Below, piece after piece: positions 56,409 to 64,000 of a DNA stretch of 64,000 nt (position 1 is its first letter; every line of letters starts with the position of its first letter). The position numbers were made by a program, and so were the translations under genes. The notes beneath the pieces are model-generated. The model had not been told where the DNA came from. It did no database searches and worked only from the letters and a program-made list of their open reading frames with translations. Source of the DNA: Trichoplax adhaerens (taxonomy: Eukaryota > Animalia > Placozoa); contig NW_002060944.1 in assembly GCF_000150275.1 (NCBI RefSeq), positions 807,014 through 871,013 of the forward strand, given 5' to 3'.

Positions 56409-57804
56409 TAATGTAAATTTACTCCTTTGAAAGAAATAGTCAATTCTAATATTTTGGCATTTTGTGGACCTTATCAGATAGATACATTATAATATGATGA
56501 TCTATGTACACTCGGCACATATATTTTCTGCACATGTATATAATATTCAATTAGTATTTTCAATTGTTAGGATATTAAAGTGTACAGTATAAGGCAAACG
56601 TAGAATTTAAATCAATCAAAATGCATGCAACTAAATTGTTTATCAAATTTTAATATAGTTAGTTTATATATGAAGAAAGAATGTAATAATCGAATTATGA
56701 TGATTTTTAGTAGCGTAAATTCTTATAAATATCATATTATTTTAAAAATAAAAATTATCATCTTTACAGATACAATAGAATGGGTTTTAAGTTTTTATAC
56801 GGATATAATTAATTCAAGATTATACATTATACATCGAATCTGTTTTGATGTACATATGATTGCTCGTAAACAGATAATATAAGATTTATAACACAAAATG
56901 AACAGTAAAGTAGTTTAGCAATTGTCTATCAGTATGTCAAAAATAAATTTAGCCCAAGTTTAGAATAGAAATAAGCAGGTATTTATTTCACTGGTTTAAG
57001 ACGAATGACTAAATTCATACTTCGGTAAATGGTCGTAGGGTAAATCAGTACAAAGAATGTAAAGTAAGCGAAGTTAATACAATTACTATAGAAAAGTAAG
57101 AAAAGATCAACAACGAATACGATAAAAATAAATTAGGAAAACAATTATTCTTAGTTGTTATTAACGTGAGTTGTATGATACATTGTATAATACAATTGGT
57201 GTTGAATCACTAGGTGATACAAGGATAATAATTAAACAAACTCGTATCTGTGTTTTAAGAAGTATTCAATTTGCGCGAAATTTTTGATGTAACGAGTACA
57301 ACGTTCAACAATTGCCAACCATTTTATTATTTTACTACCTATACGCAGTGCATGGCGTATTGCACCATATCCAACTTCATCCCATTTATTCTCCGTACGA
57401 TAGGAGAGAATAGAATATTAGCCATCGTCTACAAAATTATATTTATTTTCGATAACTACTATTTGACTGAAGATTACGGTATGAGTTTGACGGAAGGTGA
57501 ATATTTTAGAGATATTATGAATTAAGTAAGAAATATTTACTCGTATACATATCTAGTATCAGTTTTAGCTATGCAATATCGCAGTAAATTAGATTAATGT
57601 AGATAAACTATGAAATAGTTATTAGCTTCTGTATGTAATAGAAATACAGAAAATGTTATTGCAAAAAGCCACATAATTAATAATAGAGAAGGTCTAGTAT
57701 CCGTTATTATTTCGGCATTATAATATTTCTATGTAATGAAATGAAAAGTGTAGAGATCAAGCTACAAAACTTTAACAAACTTTCATTCTACTTTCGTTGC
57801 ACTC

Positions 57805-59480
57805 CGGTCGACTTAACGCTAATACTTTGACACCAAATAAAATTTGGGGAAATAACCGAACAACAATTTATTTCAAAGCAAAAATGGACAGAAGTATAAA
57901 CCGAACAACCTTACAAATACTTAGCTTTAAGTATTATTAAAATAAATAACAGACAAAAAAAAAACTGTCAACGACCAAACAACCTTTCAAAAAGAAGAAC
58001 GTTTTAACTTACGACAATTCGACCCCGAAGGCCTTTTTAAATTCAACAAGTTCTTCGAATAAAATCTTCTTCTACTCTCCCTCTAAATTTTCTAATTGCA
58101 CTATCATTTATAGGCTTCATAGAGCCGTCTGAGGTATTTAAAACTAAACATTTGCTAACCAATCGCTCTTAAGATCCGTTTTAGAAAACTATTTTGCACC
58201 ATTTAAGAAAACAAAAATCATTCAAAGTTCAGACACAATTTACCCTACGATTCCCTTACAAAACACTATAAAACTAACAAGCTAACTATAAAAATACATC
58301 AAACTTCATTTCTAACATAATTTCTATCATTAATACACTATAAAAGTCTAAAAATCAACCTTTAAACATCAAGATTTAGTCATAAAAACAACATTCTAAC
58401 TACCTAATAATCAACACAACCTCTGCCAATTTCCATCTTATTTTCTACTTTCCTCACTAAATCTCCTAATGTGACTTCAAGTCACGTCATAAAATTCCAA
58501 AGTTTCAAATTCATAACAAAAAGTCCAAATCTCAAAAATCAACTCTTACGATATTTTTCACAAACAAAAATCCAAAAATTAAAACAGAAAAATTATAATT
58601 CAGACATAAATTAAAAATAAACCCGACCGGTTCCAAAGCAGGAAAATTATATCGGACACAAACCCGACCGGTCCCAGAATCCGAAAACTATATCGGACAC
58701 AAATCCGGAAAAATTCGCTTTTTATGAAGATCACAGTAATCGCTTATCAAAAAAATTTATATGACTACTAAGACTACTTTTCTGACATTAGTATCGCTTA
58801 GTATTCGCGAGTATTGACAGTTGATGTTTTAGCGTCAGATTGTACTGTAACTGTACGAGTATAGACTACATTAACAGTACTTTATCGTCATGTTATAAAT
58901 CCCCTTTCTCTAAGGATAGGGTTTTGCTACTAAGTCAAATTCTTTTACAATTTGAATAGACGATCAAACGCCCTTTCTTTAGATTAGGCATTTGCTCTAT
59001 AGGGCTACTTCTATAGTAATCTATATAATACCTTGTAAAATAATGAAGAAGAAAAGATGGCGACATGATGATTTGGCAGGGTAAAACTTAAAGACACTAT
59101 CACTTTGTAGGTATTTTCTATAGTAAAATAATACTAATTACATACTAAAAACTACAAAGGACTCTACTTTTAGTCCTTTTACTACATCTATATGTTAATT
59201 TTTTATATCCCGGTCGACTTAATGTAACTTTGACACCAAATAAAATAGAGAAAATAATCGAACAGCAATTAATTCAAAATTTACAAAGAGATAATCTAGC
59301 AATCTTTCAAATAGCATATTACCTACGGCTTACAGAAAAAAGTTAACAATTTCACATGCAACCAATTGACCTACAAAGTCATTTAACTTGAACTGTTTCT
59401 TCAAATATGATTCTTCTGCACTTAAAATTTTGTGATTGCAGCGTCATTTACAGACTTCGTAACTAGAACTGGAAGCCACT
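57805..59480. repeat. Dispersed direct repeat (~300 bp; copies at ~57805-58130 and ~59210-59480), probable degraded transposable element
   Basis: ccggtcgactt...actttgacaccaaataaaat..gaaaataa.cgaaca.caatt and ttcttc.aata..attgca..tcattta.ag.cttc are shared by both copies. TE origin is inferred. Confidence 0.7.
58619..58712. repeat. 41-bp tandem repeat (about 2.3 copies), CpG-rich
   Basis: aaacccgaccggt.cca...gaaaa.tatatcggacac occurs twice, followed by aaatccgg. Confidence 0.85.
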
Positions 59481-60593
59481 TAGTAACTATGCGTTAATAA
59501 TTCTACTATATATACATGTGTGCATTAATCGTGAAATATGTTTGTGGCTAACTCTGAAGGCGGATCTGCGGTAGCCATGATACGTTAATAGTAGTGAGAA
59601 GCGTGGAGATAGATAGGAAGATAGTAATTGAGTGTGTGTTTTGAAGGAGTTTTATTTAAGCGATAGTACGTTTGTTACAAGCTTGACTAACGTGTAAGAG
59701 TTAATATCAAGACATGACGTAAAGTAAAGCGACGTAAAGTGAATTGAATAATATTCTTAGGATCGAGTATTTATACCAATGCATAGGGTTGTGTTTGCAA
59801 TACTAAGTTATACTGTATACTGTATGTATTACTATATTCTATAACATATAACATATTACCAACATCGTACAAATTACAGTACTAGTTACATGTTACGTAT
59901 CTAAGACACTACAATTTTAAAGCATAATTTGAAAATAGTTTAAATGGAGGTCAGCTCGCGATTGGATGTTTCATGAAAACACAAGATGAACAAATAAATA
60001 CGTTGAGTAAAATTAAATGGATTACAACGATGTTGGCATGTTGCTGTGGGTATCTAATATTTGTTTACTGCAAAGGTATGTGCACCTGTATATCAAGTTT
60101 TCAATAGATATGGCTGAAATGTAGAACGTAAGAGATAGCTACGTTGCCATATAAATATCATGAAGTAAATAAAAAATGTGCTTGCCATAATAATGCAAGT
60201 AAGGTATAATTATTTGATTTAGCACTATATCAACGGGTAATTGAATGTCGTATTTTATTTAATAGAGAATAAGTACTGTTATCGAAATCACTAGTATACT
60301 ATGAATGTATATCCAGTAGTTTTAATACCTAATAATCAACAAGTGATATTACTTGCTTAAAAAGCCACCCGTTGCCATCATAACAAACGACTGTTATTAA
60401 ATGAAATCTAAATCAAAGTAGCAGTTAATCGTTAAAATTCTACATTCCATTACGTTAGTTTATCCCTTTATAGTACAATTAATTTCCAAACATGAACCCT
60501 AATTAATTAATATAGAAATTATAACGAAATTCATTATGGTACATGGTTACGCGCTATGGGTAGTTACGGGCAATTTAATTAAAGATCTATGTA

Positions 60594-61618
60594 GATTAAT
60601 GCCTATCTATAGTTTATTTAACCATTTCATTATATTACTAATATGTATATGTGTATACAATATTTTCACATTATTCAAGTTATGCTTGTATTGTGGGCAG
60701 TTTTTGTGCATTGATTTATGCTTGACGTCGCATTGACTTCTGCTAGTGTTATGCTAATTAATGAGTTAATGATAACAATTACTGATATGGATAATTACTA
60801 TCAAATACGTTAATAGAAAAAAGGCGATAATGGTGCTAGTGTATTTGGCAGTATTTCATTCGTTATGGATACTGAGTGAACGCTGATATTATAATGATTA
60901 TGATAAAGTGTCTTCTCAAAAATACAACACGAACTACAGCTTCTTGCAAAGTTCACTTTATTACATAAGATCAGGTTCGTCTCATAACTACCAAGACTAT
61001 CTCCGGACTATCTTTAACAGTAAAAGCTCGCGGTTTATATGCCCTTTGTTATAGAATGAATTTTACACAATGCAATCATATCTTGACAATTAAGTCGCAA
61101 GATAACAGTTTATTATCGCGCGAAATATTCATTATAGGCGCTTAATTAAAGCGCTACAACGCAACTCCCACAGCACTAACATAATTAGCGCTATCTATTA
61201 CTATCATGAAATCTTAATGTAACATCTCAATAATATCAAGACAATACGTATGTAAACCTCTTCTACAAATAGATATCTTCAAAATCATACAATCCAGCAA
61301 ACGAGTACTACTGCTCTCGTACAGTCTTACAATCATGATCCAAGCTATATGTATTGACTATGCTGATTAATGCCTACCTATAGTTTGTTTAACAAGTTTA
61401 TTATATTATTCAAGTTATGCTTGTATTTTGTGCATTTTTTGCATTGATTTATACTTGACGTTGCGTTGACTTCTGCTAGTGTTATGCTAATTAATGAGTT
61501 AGTATAAGGGCAATACACGTGTAAACCTCTGCTACAAATAAATATCTTCAAAATCATACTATCCAGCAAACGAGTACTACTGCTCTCGTACAGTCTTACA
61601 ATCATGATCCTAGCTATA
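60594..61618. repeat. A-x-B / A'-B' duplication upstream of the TPR gene
   Basis: A (60594-60770) matches A' (61365-61502); B (61240-61349) matches B' (61510-61618). About 470 bp between A and B is absent from the second copy. Confidence 0.9.
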
Positions 61619-61888
61619 TTTGGGGCTGCACTACAATGATATAGAAAAATAATTGATGATCGTCATTTGATTAAGGACGTATCAAATTTTATCCATTTAA
61701 CAGCATTCTTAACTGAAGTAGACTTTGAAATATCGATTGAACGTTAAAGACAGCTATTCTACAGGTTTTCGCTGATCTATTGCAACGGTCATTCGTATAG
61801 TTATCCAAATTTGGCAAATACATTGAGAAGAGCATACAAATCTATTTTATTCCATCCTATCTCTTGGTTCTTCTTCAAAATTGAAAAT

Positions 61889-63025
61889 ATGGATAATCAG
61901 TCTACTAAGACTATTCCTGATGAAGTCGAAACTCTTCACAAACAGGGTCGAAAATATCAAAATCATCGCTGTTACAAGTCAGCGCTTTGTTGGTATAAAA
62001 AAGTGATTGCTCAAATAGAATTGATACCCCAAGGTAACGATGATGTTCATCAACTTAAATATCATGTTTATCTGGAAATGGCTGATTGTTATAGAGAAGA
62101 ACATGAATATTTAGAAGCCCAAAAATGTGTTAGTGAAGCAGAGAAATTAGCTAAACAACTACAAGACGAAGCAAAGACTGCAATATGCTTGGATAGGCGG
62201 AGTAACATTAAACGACTTGAAGGCGATCGTGAAGGCGCCTTGACAGGTTTTAAAGATTCTCTTGATTTGAAATTGAAATCGTTAGGAAGTGAAAATATCG
62301 ATGTTAGTGACTCCTACAATTACATTGGCGCTGTGTACACTAATCAAGGCAAGTACGATGAGGCTTTAAAAATGTATGAAAAATCAGTGAAGATGCGATC
62401 GAGAATTAAAGGCGAGAATGATCCAGGTGTTGCTACATTACATAAGAACATAGGTAGTGTCTATTATAACCAAGGCAAGTATAATGACGCTCTAGCAAAG
62501 TATAACGAATCACTCGAGATTAGACTAGCACAATCGGATAAAAATTATCTGAAGATTGCAACGTTATATAACGAAATTGCGCTTGTCTATAATGATCAAC
62601 GCAAGTATGATGACGCTCTATTAAAGTATGAAGAATCGCTTAAGATTATACAAGAACAAGTTGGTGACAATCATCCGGACGCTGCTACGTTATATAACAA
62701 CATTGGGGGTGTTTATGATAATCAAGGCAAGTATGACGACGCTGTATCCATGCATAAGAAATCACTCGAGATTTGGCTAGCAACAACTGGTAATAACCAT
62801 CCGAGTACTGCGAAATCCTACCGAGATATGGCAAGAATCTATCTTAAGCAGTCTAACTACATTCAAGCTATCGAATTCTGTCAAAAATCATTCGATAGTT
62901 TATGCTACCTCTACGGAGAAAATCATCCTCTAGTCGTCAAAGATAAACGAATGCTTGACCAATATCGACTACTTGAAAGCGAGGCCAACACCTCAACATT
63001 GCAAGACTGCGGTAAGTCTGAATAG
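61889..63025 (+). CDS. Intronless tetratricopeptide-repeat protein (42-aa TPR, kinesin-light-chain/nephrocystin-3-like repeats)
   Basis: Single ORF from the ATG at 61889 (MDNQ...); five 42-aa repeats of type xHPxxAxxYNNIGxVYxNQGKYDDALxxYxKSLxI after degenerate N-terminal TPRs. Confidence 0.9.
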   Translation: MDNQSTKTIPDEVETLHKQGRKYQNHRCYKSALCWYKKVIAQIELIPQGNDDVHQLKYHVYLEMADCYREEHEYLEAQKCVSEAEKLAKQLQDEAKTAICLDRRSNIKRLEGDREGALTGFKDSLDLKLKSLGSENIDVSDSYNYIGAVYTNQGKYDEALKMYEKSVKMRSRIKGENDPGVATLHKNIGSVYYNQGKYNDALAKYNESLEIRLAQSDKNYLKIATLYNEIALVYNDQRKYDDALLKYEESLKIIQEQVGDNHPDAATLYNNIGGVYDNQGKYDDAVSMHKKSLEIWLATTGNNHPSTAKSYRDMARIYLKQSNYIQAIEFCQKSFDSLCYLYGENHPLVVKDKRMLDQYRLLESEANTSTLQDCGKSE

Positions 63026-64000
63026 AATAGAATAACGATGACTTTACCCCTATTGCAAGTGATTAATACTATCCTCTTGTCCTCTTGTACGGTAATTTAA
63101 TCGTTCAATATCGATAGCAAACTAGTCATGATATAAATGCACATGATCAAATTATTTTTAACATTTCCACTATAATTTTTAATATAGCATAGATTAATAA
63201 GCGCATGACTAACCCTAACGTCCTAAAATACTCAATGTAAATCCTTACCAGTAACTGAGCAGTCTATTTTCATCCGGTACAACGATTTGAACGAAATAGA
63301 TAGAATTAAGTTTAAGTTTAGTTTGTTAATCGATTCTTAATAAGAAATAAGAAAATGAAGTCTTAGCGTACACAACTTGGCATGGTTTTCCTTGAGTAGC
63401 TCTATCTCGCAATAAGGTTGAAAATACAATAAGGCATCCAATTGTAATCACAACTAACAAATCAAATTCATTGAAATGCTCAGGCACTTTCCTATCGATA
63501 TCATCGATGTAGTCAATAAACTAGTCAAAATGAATTATATTACAGTATATATATATATATGACAGATATTTTTCTCGTATAGCCCATTTAAGTACACATA
63601 AGTTAAGCAGTAGGATAGCCATGCATTTTTGTAGGATTGCCACTAATTAGAACACTCAAAATCACACAATCGAAACAATTTGCTTTCGAAAATCATTCAT
63701 CAAGACAATAATATTTATATGTAGACAACAAATAGTCACTTGAGTAACTTTCTATATGGTCAATAATGAATTCAACAAAATCGATCCCATCTAAGATTAT
63801 TTGTTAAAATCGATAGAAACGTCTGCAAAGAGAAGTCATTGAATGGCGGCTGCCTTAATAATTCTCTTTTAATTATAGTAAACATTCTAATGAGCGATGT
63901 GATATCGCTTACTATATTATTTCTTGGCCAATAGTGCGCTGCCGTCATTATAAAAGTTGAAAATTTTTTAAATATTTTAATTGGAATATTTTATTCCTAT

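Noticed and set aside
61811-61888. N-terminal extension of the TPR ORF
   Set aside because: Begins at TTG; the first ATG is at 61889.

Overview
AT-rich, intron-dense eukaryotic (animal) genomic DNA. Short GT-AG introns and an intronless 42-aa-repeat TPR gene suggest a placozoan (Trichoplax-like) genome, but the taxon is inferred, not shown. Eight genes were reconstructed by hand from splice sites and translated motifs: NUF2 (+, 5'-partial), THUMPD1 (-), alpha-L-fucosidase (+), CDK4/6 (-), a TRPA1-like channel with about 17 ankyrin repeats (-), CHMP6/VPS20 (-), RRN3/TIF-IA (+) and a single-exon TPR protein (+). Features these genes do not explain: (i) a promoter repeat array whose spacers grow in TA-CWG/TA-CASTG steps, resembling stacked Tc1/mariner excision footprints, with units carrying M-box/CLEAR-like motifs upstream of a lysosomal gene; (ii) tracts of extreme, mirror-image G/C depletion in a repeat-derived region near 58-60 kb, suggestive of strand-specific cytosine hypermutation; (iii) decayed TPR gene remnants inside host introns; (iv) a candidate three-exon, 59-aa Cys/Trp-rich microprotein; (v) a tandem repeat that duplicates a NUF2 splice acceptor; (vi) an approximately 18-kb gene-free interval upstream of CDK4/6. 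No rRNA, tRNA or CRISPR array is supported.
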